64,000 nucleotides of DNA from an uncultured bacterium (GTDB lineage Bacteria; Myxococcota_A; UBA9042; PHBI01), in NCBI GenBank assembly GCA_938040325.1, contig CALHXW010000060.1:9080-73079 (forward strand). Direction: 5' to 3'. Under the pieces are notes generated by a model. The model saw nothing but the letters and a program-made list of their open reading frames with translations. It did not search any database and was not told the origin of the DNA. This document shows, one piece after another, positions 1 to 10,800 of this stretch (its first letter is position 1; the number at the start of each line of letters is the position of its first letter). Position numbers and translations under genes: made by a program.

Positions 1-24
1 ACGACGCCCCGTCAAGATGTCGAG

Positions 25-705
25 ATGACGTACCTCGGAAAGGACACCATGGAACTCCGGTCAGACTTTCGCCAGCGGGCTCACGTGAACCTTGCCGACA
101 TCGAGTGGCAGGACGCCCCGGCGCCGGGCGTCGAACGCAAGATGCTCGACCGCGTTGGCGAGGAGGTGGCCCGCGCAACCTCGGTGGTCCGGTACGCCGC
201 AGGAGCGAGCTTTCCAGCGCATGACCATGCCCAAGGCGAAGAGTTCTTCGTGCTCGACGGCACATTCTGCGACGAGCATGGCACCTACCCGGCCGGCACC
301 TACGTACGCAACCCGCCAGGCTCTCGGCACACGCCCGCGTGTCCCGACGGCGCCACCATCTTTGTGAAGCTTCGCCAGTTCGCGCCCAGCGATCTGCAGC
401 GGGTGTGCGTCGACACGCTCTCAGCGCCCTTTCGCCCAGGCCTGGTCGAGGGGCTCTCGGTGCTGCCGCTGCACGAGCATCGAGGGGTCTCCACCGCCTT
501 GGTGAACTGGGCGCCCGGGACCCGCTTTCAGCCGCATCAGCACTGGGGGGGTGAAGAGATCTTCGTGCTGCGCGGGGTCTTCAGCGACGAGAACGGCGAC
601 TACCCCGCAGGTACCTGGCTGCGCAGCCCGCACCTCTCACGCCACACCCCTTACTCAGAACCGGGCTGTCTCATCTACGTCAAGGTTGGCCACCTCGCCG
701 AGTAG
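25..705 (+). CDS. tandem cupin-domain protein (two ChrR-like cupin_7 halves)
   Basis: Internal duplication (…TYPAGTYVRNPPGSRHTP… / …DYPAGTWLRSPHLSRHTP…) with the His/Glu-rich cupin motifs typical of the ChrR anti-sigma C-terminal cupin. Start could instead be the in-frame Met at 49. Confidence 0.55.
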   Translation: MTYLGKDTMELRSDFRQRAHVNLADIEWQDAPAPGVERKMLDRVGEEVARATSVVRYAAGASFPAHDHAQGEEFFVLDGTFCDEHGTYPAGTYVRNPPGSRHTPACPDGATIFVKLRQFAPSDLQRVCVDTLSAPFRPGLVEGLSVLPLHEHRGVSTALVNWAPGTRFQPHQHWGGEEIFVLRGVFSDENGDYPAGTWLRSPHLSRHTPYSEPGCLIYVKVGHLAE

Positions 706-752
706 AGGGTGGAACGCAGGACGGAAGGACACGGCTGGGTTAGGCTTGGTCC

Positions 753-2378
753 GTGATCGTCGACCGTCCATCCGTGAAGCCCAACGCCCGCTCCGCTCAC
801 GGCAACGCCGAAGCCTCGTGGGTCGCCCGGCTTAGCCACGTCTGCTGTCAGATCGCTGCGACACTGCTGGTTGTGTTGGCAATGCACGGCGAGAGCCACG
901 CCGAAGGCCCGGTCATTCCACCAGGTCAAGAGCAGGTCATCTCGGGCTTACTCGGACCGCTGTACGGCAACGCCCTCAAGGATGGCCACCGCTTCACCGG
1001 CATCTCCATCGACCGCTCGACGATCCGGTTCGTGCTGAGCCGCAACGCCGTGGTCGTCGGCAACGTCGTGGCACGGCCGCGCGAGCCAGGTGACCCGCTG
1101 GCGAGCCAGAGCTTCAGCTTTGAGGTCACAGGCGACAAGGCGAGCCGCGTCTACCTCAACGCTGCGGTTGCCGAGATCCGCGCCCGCGACCCAGGCAATA
1201 TCTACAAGGTCCCCGAGGTCGACGTCGTCACCACGGTCGTGAACACCCGGCGCCTGCCAAACACCCGGCACTGGGCATGGCTCCTCGTGTTGGTGCCGCT
1301 TCTGCTGCCGCGGCGCCGCGCCCTGGGCAAAGAGCGTCCGCGCTTTCGCATCACCCACCTCTTGCCCGTCGCGCTGCAGCTGACCCTGTTCAGCTACTGG
1401 GCGCTCTACTGGCCCGAGCTACGGGTCTTTGCGGTCGACATCGTGCTGCAGCTGCTCTTCGCGCTCGTCTTTGACCTCCTGCTCCAGTGGCGTCGCTACG
1501 GCGAGCTGCGGCCGTCATTCGGGCTGCTACCCATCGTCTTGAGCGCCAACCTGGTCGTCATCTTCGGCGTCGGCGAACGACTCCCGCACTTCGCCATCAT
1601 TGCCATCGCGCTGCTCTCGAAGGAGCTCCTCGTTCGCGACGGGCGCCACATCTTCAACCCTTCCGGCCTAGCCGTCAGCATCATCGGCCTCTGCGAGCTC
1701 GCGTTTGCTGGTTTTCCTTCGGGCGACATCGCGCACGAGTTTGGCGCTCTGCCGAACATGACGGAGCTCGTCCTCATCGTCGCCGTCGTCGTCCAGCTCA
1801 AGGTCCGCGTCGTCTTTATCACCCTCGGCGCGACCGTCACGCTGATGCTCTACACCTACGTCGGCAACAGCTTTCACCCCATGTGGGCGCCGGTGACTCT
1901 CGTCATCGCACTCTTCGCGACCGACCCTGCGACAACCCCGCGCAGCAGCCTCGGCAAGCTGCTCTTCGGCCTCGCGCTCGGACTGCTCATGGGCATCTTT
2001 GGCGACATCCTCACCGCGATGGGCCACTCGGACTTCTACGGCAAGGTCCTGGCCGTGCCCGTCGCCAACGTCTTCACGCCCTGGTTTGAGCGTTGGGGCC
2101 AGCGACTCGAGACCGTCCGTCCGCTCCAGCTGCTGTCCAGCAGGTACAACCGCTGGCACGTGCTCGCGTGGGCCATCTTGGTCGCGGCTCTCTTCCGGCC
2201 CGAGGTCAAGCAGGGCGCGTTCGCAAACAGCCGGGTGTCGCCGGGCGTCATCAATCAACTGCAGTTCAATGCAGACGGCGGCCTCTCGTGTGAGCAGAAC
2301 CCTGTCCACTGCAGGCCGTTCTCGTTCATCGATGAGCTCTCGCTCTGGGACAAGAGCAGCGCGGACGCCACGCGTTGA
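753..2378 (+). CDS. integral membrane protein of unknown function (signal/anchor plus at least 8 predicted TM helices)
   Basis: The long ORF has a signal-like N-terminus (…IAATLLVVLAMHG…) after a GTG start. Multiple long hydrophobic stretches follow (LLVLVPLLLP, LQLLFALVFDLLL, IIAIALL, VLIVAVVVQL, etc.). No family was recognised with confidence. Confidence 0.5.
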   Translation: MIVDRPSVKPNARSAHGNAEASWVARLSHVCCQIAATLLVVLAMHGESHAEGPVIPPGQEQVISGLLGPLYGNALKDGHRFTGISIDRSTIRFVLSRNAVVVGNVVARPREPGDPLASQSFSFEVTGDKASRVYLNAAVAEIRARDPGNIYKVPEVDVVTTVVNTRRLPNTRHWAWLLVLVPLLLPRRRALGKERPRFRITHLLPVALQLTLFSYWALYWPELRVFAVDIVLQLLFALVFDLLLQWRRYGELRPSFGLLPIVLSANLVVIFGVGERLPHFAIIAIALLSKELLVRDGRHIFNPSGLAVSIIGLCELAFAGFPSGDIAHEFGALPNMTELVLIVAVVVQLKVRVVFITLGATVTLMLYTYVGNSFHPMWAPVTLVIALFATDPATTPRSSLGKLLFGLALGLLMGIFGDILTAMGHSDFYGKVLAVPVANVFTPWFERWGQRLETVRPLQLLSSRYNRWHVLAWAILVAALFRPEVKQGAFANSRVSPGVINQLQFNADGGLSCEQNPVHCRPFSFIDELSLWDKSSADATR

Positions 2379-2387
2379 CGTTGCAGC

Positions 2388-4325
2388 GTGCCGTTGTCGG
2401 AGCCCATAGTGAGGCGGATGATGGACGTTTTTGCGACTCGGTCCGAGGTTGAGCAGCCTTCCAGAGCACGGACGCGTTGGCTGCGGACGGTTGCCGCGGC
2501 CCTGAAAGGCGTCCTCGCTGCGTGCGGCGACTCTGCGCCAGGCATGACCGATGACGTGGCGGTGGATGCCGACACCGTGGCCGACACGTTTGCTGACGAC
2601 GCCGACGCGGCTGTCGATACTGCGGTCGCGCCTTTTGATAGCGCGAGCGACACCAGCACTGGGGTCGCGCCGCTGCCGTCCTGCATCGAGCTCGACCCGA
2701 GCGCTGCCGATCCTACCGAGGCGCTCTTCGCGCCAGACTGCGTGATGGACGTACGCATCAGCTTGGGCGTGAGCGACTGGTACGACCTGCGACACGAGAC
2801 GCGGAGCATCACGGACGTTATCGGCATCGATTGCGGTCAGGAGCCACCCGCGGACGTCTTCAACTGGTACCAAGGCGACGTGACCGTTGCGGGCGTCACG
2901 GTCGCTGGTGCGGGGGTTCGCAAGAAGGGCTTTCTTGGCTCGCTCGACAGCGACCGCCCCTCACTGAAGGTCCGCTTCGACAAGTTCATTGAGGGCCAGC
3001 GCCTCTCGGGTATGAAGCGGCTAACGCTCAACAACATGCGTCAGGATCCTGGCGTCGTGAACACCTGCCTGGCCTACGGGGTGATGCGTCGGTTTGGCGT
3101 GGTCACACCGCGCTGCAACTTTGCCCGGGTGTGGGTCAACGGCAACGACCTGGGCATCTATGCCCACGTGGAGAGCGTCAAGAAGCCCTTCATCGCGAGG
3201 CACTTCTCGAGCGACGAGGGCAACCTCTACGAAGCGACGCTGAGTGACTTCCGCGAGGGCTACACCGCCACGTGGGAGAAGAAGACCAACGAGGCGGAAG
3301 CCGACTGGAGCGACATCGAGGCCGTGACGGCGGCGCTGACGGTGTCCGATGACGGCCTGATGCCGACGCTTGAGCCACTCGTCGATCTCGACGCCTTCTA
3401 CACGTTCTGGGCTGCCGAGGTGATCGTTGGCCACTGGGACGGCTACGCGGGCAACATCAACAACACCTATGTCTACGCCGACCCGGCCGACGGTCGGTTT
3501 CAGTTCATCCCGTGGGGAGCCGACGCCGTGTTTGCGCGTCCCCCCGAGATCTTGGGCAACACGGAGCTTCCACCACCGTCGGTGATGGCCCGGGGGCTGC
3601 TCACCCATCGTCTCTACAACCACTTCGAGGGCCGCCCGGCCTACCTCGAGCGGCTGCTCATGCTCCTTGAGACGCACTGGGACACCGACGAGGTGCTCGG
3701 CGAGCTTGACCGAATGGCGGCGCTAGTTGTCGAGCACATCCCGCTCTCTGAGCGCCTCGAGTTCTATGAAGCCATTGAGGAGAAGCGGGCGTGGATCGCT
3801 GCGCGCGAGACGATTCTCTACGACCAAGTGGTCACCGGCGGCGTCGACTGGACCCTTGGCCTTGCCGACAACGGCTGCTGGCAGGACGCAGGAACGATCG
3901 CCGGGACATTCGACACCGTGTGGGGAACGGAAGGACGCGAGTGGCCGGCCGGAGGTCTCGGCTTTGTGGAGCTGACCATCAACGGCGAGCCCGTCACGTT
4001 TTCCAACGTCCAAGCCAACGCGCGCGAGGGCTTTAGTGGTGACACTGAGGGTGAAGCGATCATCGAGGTCAACGGCCTCACCGAAGGCGGCCAGTTCATC
4101 TTCGCAGCATTCATTGGCCCGCTCGAGGCCGTGCAGTCGAGCGGCTCAGCCCCTGTCGACTGGAAGTCCTTTCGTGGCTGGCTTGGCCGCTCCGAAGGAC
4201 TCTATCTCGACTTTGACCTGATCGGCCTGCTGGTCGACGGCTCGCTGACGTTCAACGAAGCCCAGACGTGGCAAGGCCAGGTCGTAGAGGGCAGCTTCGA
4301 GGCGCGCGTGCTGTCGGAGCCGTGA
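2388..4325 (+). CDS. CotH-kinase-family secreted lipoprotein
   Basis: A lipobox (…LKGVLAAC GD) is present. The central block GHWDGYAGNINNTYVYADPADGRFQFIPWGADAVFA matches the conserved CotH kinase core (…WD.Y..N.NNYYLY.D…F.FIPWD.D..F). The true start may be downstream of 2388 (an alternative start was not resolved). Confidence 0.6.
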   Translation: MPLSEPIVRRMMDVFATRSEVEQPSRARTRWLRTVAAALKGVLAACGDSAPGMTDDVAVDADTVADTFADDADAAVDTAVAPFDSASDTSTGVAPLPSCIELDPSAADPTEALFAPDCVMDVRISLGVSDWYDLRHETRSITDVIGIDCGQEPPADVFNWYQGDVTVAGVTVAGAGVRKKGFLGSLDSDRPSLKVRFDKFIEGQRLSGMKRLTLNNMRQDPGVVNTCLAYGVMRRFGVVTPRCNFARVWVNGNDLGIYAHVESVKKPFIARHFSSDEGNLYEATLSDFREGYTATWEKKTNEAEADWSDIEAVTAALTVSDDGLMPTLEPLVDLDAFYTFWAAEVIVGHWDGYAGNINNTYVYADPADGRFQFIPWGADAVFARPPEILGNTELPPPSVMARGLLTHRLYNHFEGRPAYLERLLMLLETHWDTDEVLGELDRMAALVVEHIPLSERLEFYEAIEEKRAWIAARETILYDQVVTGGVDWTLGLADNGCWQDAGTIAGTFDTVWGTEGREWPAGGLGFVELTINGEPVTFSNVQANAREGFSGDTEGEAIIEVNGLTEGGQFIFAAFIGPLEAVQSSGSAPVDWKSFRGWLGRSEGLYLDFDLIGLLVDGSLTFNEAQTWQGQVVEGSFEARVLSEP

Positions 4326-4820
4326 CGTTCCGGCCGCGCGGCGGTCCAAACGGGGGCGCGAATCGAGCTTCAGCGTCGCCGGAACACGCGGACTGAAAGC
4401 GCTGCGACGTGGCCCGCGGGGCTGACGGATCGAGGGGACGCCTGAACGCGGCTGGAGGCTGCCGATCGCGAGCGATGCAAACGTGAACCCATCGAGGCAC
4501 GGAACGCGGTGAGGGGTGCGGCACGTGCAGAAGGTTTCGGGCAGCAATTCCGCCCATGGAGTCGCTTTCCCGGACCCTGATGGTCCGCCCATCGCCACCC
4601 TCATGCCGGCCGACAGGCCTCGGCTGAGTTCGCGCGACCGCGCCCGCCAGTTGCCAGAATGTGAGTCGTGCCCGTTGTCTCCAACCAGCCGAACCTGCTA
4701 GAGTCTCAGCACTCTCGCAAAATTTGGTTGGGGAACTCGGTGCTGCGCGGCTGGTAGGCCTCGCGCAGCGCCTTCGATGGTCCGATGTCCAGCGTCGTCA
4801 AACGGTGCACTGGGGAACAC

Positions 4821-7800
4821 ATGTCATTCCGTCTCAAAACCGCGCTCGCTGGATCGCTCGGGTCCGCGCTTGTTCTCGTGTTTGCGCTGGCTGCAACGCC
4901 AGACGCCCACGCCGCGTGCGATGACCCGCCAACGCTGCTCTTCCAGCTCAAGGACGCACCGACGACGTGGACCTGCGGCACAAGCCAGAGCTTCAAGGTC
5001 AACTACTCGGTGAGTGCTGGCGAGCTCGCACCTGCGCAGATCCGGGTGACCTTGCCAGTCGGCATGTATTACCAGTCTGCATCGGGCAACTTGCCGCAGT
5101 TCAGCAACGGAAGCTGCACCGGCAACTGGACGACCACCGGCCAGGTCTGCACCTTCTCGACGAGCAGCCTTGACGGCTCGGCCGGCGCGGTGGCCGGTCA
5201 GTTTTCAGTCACCGCACGCGCCGACTGCAACTACTTCGACGAGGGGAACACAAACGTGACCATCCCGGGCGTGCTGGACGGCACGTACGAAGGGACAGAG
5301 GGCGAAGCGTGCGATGTCGATCCCGACGTGGCGTCGTCCGATGACACGGTCATCGTCAACAACGTCATCCAAAACACCTACTCGCTCATCACGTACTCTG
5401 GCTTTGAGAGCCGGTGGATCTCGAACGCCGATCCGCAATGCTACGAGATGCCAGATGGCAACACGTACCGAATCGCGGTGGTGCGCAGCTACTTCAACCG
5501 CACGGGAGGTAACGAGAACTGGGGCAATCCGTCGGCGACCTACGAGATGCCGACAATCCCAGGAGCTATCTGGCTCGGCCCGCAGAACAGTTCGACGGTG
5601 AACATCACGGCCCCGACAGGGCTGGATACGGGGGATCCACTGCCCGCATCCGTCACGTTGTCGGTCACCAGGTCCGAAGCCCAGTTCTCCTACCTTCGGT
5701 ACTACTACTTTTACTTCGCAGTGCCATGCGCTGGCGCCCCAGCTGAGACCGGGCTGACCACCAACGTGACGGTGACCGAGGGAGGTGTTGCCAACACCGA
5801 CGCCGTCAACGCCACCTGGAACTCGCCGAACTTCACGAACCCGGGGTGTCCGACAGACGGCAACCGCTACTGCAGCGGCTACTGCGATGACAACCCGACC
5901 GCGTCAGTCGGCACCTCGCACCAAAACGTCGTGTCCCCAAGCACCGTCAGCCTCGCCGCGTTCCACCACTACTCACAGACCCAAACGGGTTCGAGCTACT
6001 CGGACGAGCTCTACCACGTCCAAGTAGTGTCCAGCGAACTCAACGTGAACTACCTCCAGGCGCTTTGGATCGGCAGCAACGCCACCTGTGGCCCGACCTT
6101 TTACCGATGCAACATCCCAGACAAGGTGGACGAGCTGGTGACAAAGGCCGAGTTCCTTGCAAGCTACAAGGACTCCGCCAGCTGCACCGTGTTCTACAGC
6201 ACCTACTACCCGCCGGCGACCGAGACGAACACGCACCTCTTCGCGTACGGCTCCGAGCTCGACTGCGAGGGTACCGAGATCTTTCCAGTCCTGAACGCGT
6301 TCTGGAAGGGACAGTCGTTCCCCGACGGCTTCCAGGGATGGTCCATCAACACCAACCCGTACTCGCGTCTTTGGGTCAACTACAGCTCACCGGGCTGCAG
6401 CCAGGTTGACGATGCCCTCAACTTCAGTAGTGCATACACACGAACCCATTGCCCGGAGAGCACCGAGCTCTCCGGGGAAAACACCCTTCCCAAGACCGTG
6501 CAGGGCCAGAACTCGTTCTACTCGAACACCGGCGGGCTGCCAGCGACGGTCCAGTGTGGTGAGACTAAGGACGTCTGGTTCTACAACAACAACTACTACA
6601 GCTATAACCCGCGCGACGGCATCGTCGTGAACCCGCGTTGGGACCTCGACATCCCGAGCAACGCGAGCCTCTTCGGCTGCGAGTGGATCAACACCAACGG
6701 GACGGGCTGCAGCGCACCCACAGCGCTGAACGTGACAGAGGTCGTCAATGCCGACGGGACCAAGACCCTACGGGTTGAGCCGAAGTCGGAAGACGACGGC
6801 GACTATCACCTCGTCCGGCATGGCGGACTCTGCGGTGCTGCGCCTTGCGACCCGGTGGGCGCAGGCAACATCCGCTGCAAAGCGTTCTTCGACTGCGCCA
6901 ACCAGTACGAAAACAACGAGGCGGTGAACTTCTGCAACGAGGCCGACGCTGACAACCAAGCGTACGCGACGCCCCTGCGCCGGTGCCAGACCACGCGGGT
7001 CGATGTCCCGATTCAGAAGCGTGCGACCATTTCCCCGATCTGCTCGGATGAGGACACCCCGCTGGAGATTCCGGAAGGCACGCCAGGCGCCCGCTTCACC
7101 GCATCCAACAGCGGTGGCGCCGTGCTCAACCAGGTCATCATCGAAAACACCCTGCCACGGGTTGGAGACGGCTCGAACACCGAGATCGACTCGTACTACT
7201 ACGCCCACGTGATCAGTGGCGACCAGACCGGCAGCTGCACGGTCGAGTGCTACATCAACGACTGGGCAGCTTGCCCGACCGACGCCACCGCGTTCGACGT
7301 CACGAAAGTCCGCATGCTGTGCGACGAGCTCAATCCCTACGAGGCACAAACCCTCGATCTCTTCGTTCAGTTCACGGCGGCCGACGGCGGCACGTCGAAC
7401 GGCAAGGATGTGATTGCGACCGCTGTCTTGCTCGACGACAACCTCTTGCCCGCCGAGGTTGAAGCGATCACGCCGACGATCGTTGGCCGGTGCCCCGGCA
7501 TCTTCCAGGTCTGCGTCTTCTTCGACGAGGACGGCGACGGCGTGAAAGACGCCAACGAGACCTTCATGGCCAACTGGCCCTTCACCGTCACCGACCAGCT
7601 GGATGCCGGCAACAACTTCGAGGACATCGTCCCCGCCGGTGGCAACTACGAAGTCACCGTCGCCGCGGGTGACTACGACTTCGCGTACACCAACCCCCTC
7701 AACGAGAACGCCTACACGCTCGACACTTGGGAGATCACAGCCGACGTTCCGACGTCGTTCACCATCACGCCTGGGTTCGACACCAAGATCACCATTCCCG

Positions 7801-10800
7801 CGCGCTGCACCTGCAACGACGGCGAGCCGTGCACGGCCGATGAGTGCAGCTTCCTTGGCACCTGCTCGTTCCCGCCAACCCAGCCGGACAACCCCGATCC
7901 CGACCTCTGCGACGGCATCGACCAGGACTGCGACGGCCAGATCGACGAGGACCACGTCGACCAGAACACGACCTGTGGCACGGGCTCGAGCGAAGCCTGC
8001 ACGGCCTACGGCAACGCCCTGTGCATCAACGGCACGGTCGTCGACACCTGCGAAGAGCCCACCGGCAGCCCCGAGGTGTGCGACGGCGAGGACAACGACT
8101 GCGACGGCCAGATCGACATCTTCGACGCCAGCCTCGTCATCCCGAACTGCGAGAGCCAGCAGGGCGTGTGCAGCGGCTGCAAGAAACCTCGCAGCCTGTG
8201 CGTAGACGGCGACTGGCAAGACTGCACCGGCGCAACCTACGCAGGCTGCGCGTTCCCGCAGCAGTACCTGCCCGGCGATGCCGACTGCAACAACCTCGAC
8301 AACGACTGCGACGGCAGCACCGACGAGGGCTACCAGAGCCAGTCCACGTCGTGCGGCGTCGGCGCCTGTAGCGACACCGGTACCATCAGCTGCATCAACG
8401 GCAACGAGATCGACTCGTGCAACCCAGGCGGCCCGGGCATTGAGCTCTGCGACGGCGAGGACAACGACTGCGACGGCCTGGTCGATGCCCTCGACCCGGA
8501 CCTGGTGTTGCCGTCCTGCGAGGACCAAGACGGCGTCTGCCGCGGTGCAACCAAGCCCCCATCCTTGTGCACGAACGGCTCGTGGCAGAGCTGCACGGAC
8601 GCTGTCTACGAAGACCACAGCAACCTCTACGACAGCAGCAACGGTGGCGACATCTGCGACGGCTACGACAATGACTGTGACGGCGACCTCGACGAGGACT
8701 TCGTCGCGGAGCCAACCAACTGCGGGACGGGCGTCTGTGCCGGCACCGGCATGACGGTCTGCGTGCCCGATGTCTCCTGCGACAGCGACCCGTTCGCACC
8801 TGGCTGCCCCTGCGAGCCCTTTGACCCCGACCAAAACGGCACCGACCAGAACGGCACCGACCAGAACGGCACGTTCGACTTCCCGACGGCGCGTGGAAGC
8901 CAGTTCGGCGGTGAGTTCGGCGAGTGCGACCTGTGCGAGGTGGCGCCCAAGCACCCGCTCTGCGACCCGTGCTTCTTCATCCCGGACAATCCCAACTGCG
9001 GCGATCCGTGCGATATCGACCCTGGCAGTCCTGAGTGTTGCGAGGTGGATCTCGACCACCCAAGCTGCGACCCTTGTGAGCTAGATCCGGGGAGCCTCGA
9101 CTGCTGCGACGAGTTCCCCGACCACCCTGAGTGCGACCCGTGTGCGTTCGACCCCGAGCTCTGCGACCCGTGCTTCTTGACGGACTGCAGCGAGTGCTTC
9201 AACTCGGAGTTCGCCAATGAGGAGTGCTTCCTGTGCTGCGACTTCCCGGCCTTCGCCGGACCGTCGTTGCCGGCGTACAGCGCTCAGATCATCAACACGT
9301 GCGAGGTCGGAGAGCCGGACGGCAATGAGACCTGCGACGGCGAAGACAACGACTGCGATGGCCTGACCGACGCGGAAGATCCGGACCTCGTCATCGAAGA
9401 GTGCGAGGACCAAGACGGTGTCTGCGAGGGCGCCAACCACACCGCCAACCAGTGCATTGGCGGCGAGTGGTCGAGCTGCGGCTTCGCCAACTACATCGTC
9501 AACGACGTCAGCTACACGGGCGCACATCCCGAAGAGGGCGGACTCGACGCATGCGACGGCGTCGACAACGACTGTGACGGAGAGATCGACGAAGACTTCG
9601 AGGGCGAAGAGGTCACCTGCGGCGTGGGTGTGTGTGCTTCGACCGGCACCACGAGCTGCCAGGACGGCGAGATCGTCAACACCTGTGAGCCGGGCGACCC
9701 GTCCGCCGACGAGGTGTGCGACGGCGTCGACAACGACTGCGATGGCTTGGTCGATGGCGAAGACCCCGACCTCGTCCTCGAGGCGTGCGAGCTGCAAGAC
9801 GGTGTCTGCGACGGCAGCCGTCACACCCGTGAGCAGTGCGTCGACGGCGAGTGGAGCGAGTGCGTCTTCAGCAACTACATCACCAACAGCACCGACTACA
9901 ACGCGAACCAGGACCTCTGCGACGCGCTCGACAACGACTGCGACGGCACCGACGACGAGGACCACTCGGACCTCGAGACGAACTGCGGCGTTGGCAGCTG
10001 CGCAGCGACTGGTGTGCTCACCTGCGACGGTGGCGTGCCCACTGACAGCTGCGAGGCTGGCGAGCCTGAGTCCGATGAGGTCTGCGACGGCGAGGACAAC
10101 GACTGCGACGGGCTGACCGACGCGGCCGACCCGGACCTGGTCATCACCCAGTGCGACAACCAGGACGGCGTCTGCGACGGCTCGGTCCACACCCCCAACC
10201 AGTGCGTCAACGGCGAGTGGGCCGACTGCACCACCGTCAACTACCTCTCCAACAACCTCGCCTACGACCCCAACACCGATCTGTGTGACGGGCTCGACAA
10301 CGACTGCGACAGCGAGGACGACGAGGACTTCCCGTCGGTGGCCACAAGCTGCGGCACCGGCGCCTGCGCTGCGATGGGCGAGACGGCATGCGTCGACGGC
10401 GTTGCGGTCGACACGTGCGAGCCCGGAGACCCCGACGCGGAAGAGACGTGCGACGGCAACGACAACGACTGCGATGGGCTGCTCGACGGTGCTGACCCCG
10501 ACCTCGTGCTGGTTGAGTGTGCGCTCCAAGACGGTGTGTGCGAGGGCTCGATGCGCAACGCGACGCTCTGCGTTGGCGGCGAGTGGCAGGACTGCGGGAC
10601 GGTGGAGTACCTGGCCAACGACCTGAGCTACACCAGCGGCGTCGACGTCTGCGACGGCTCCGACAACGACTGCGACGGCGACGTCGACGAGAGCTTTGAG
10701 AGTCAGCCGACAAGCTGCGGCGTGGGCGCGTGCGCGGCCACCGGCGAGACCGTCTGTCAGGACGGCACCGAGATCGACACCTGCGTTGTTGGCGAGTCTT

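Noticed and set aside
1668-2873. Minus-strand 401-aa ORF
   Set aside because: It is antisense to the membrane-protein and CotH genes and has an Arg/Asp-rich non-protein-like composition.
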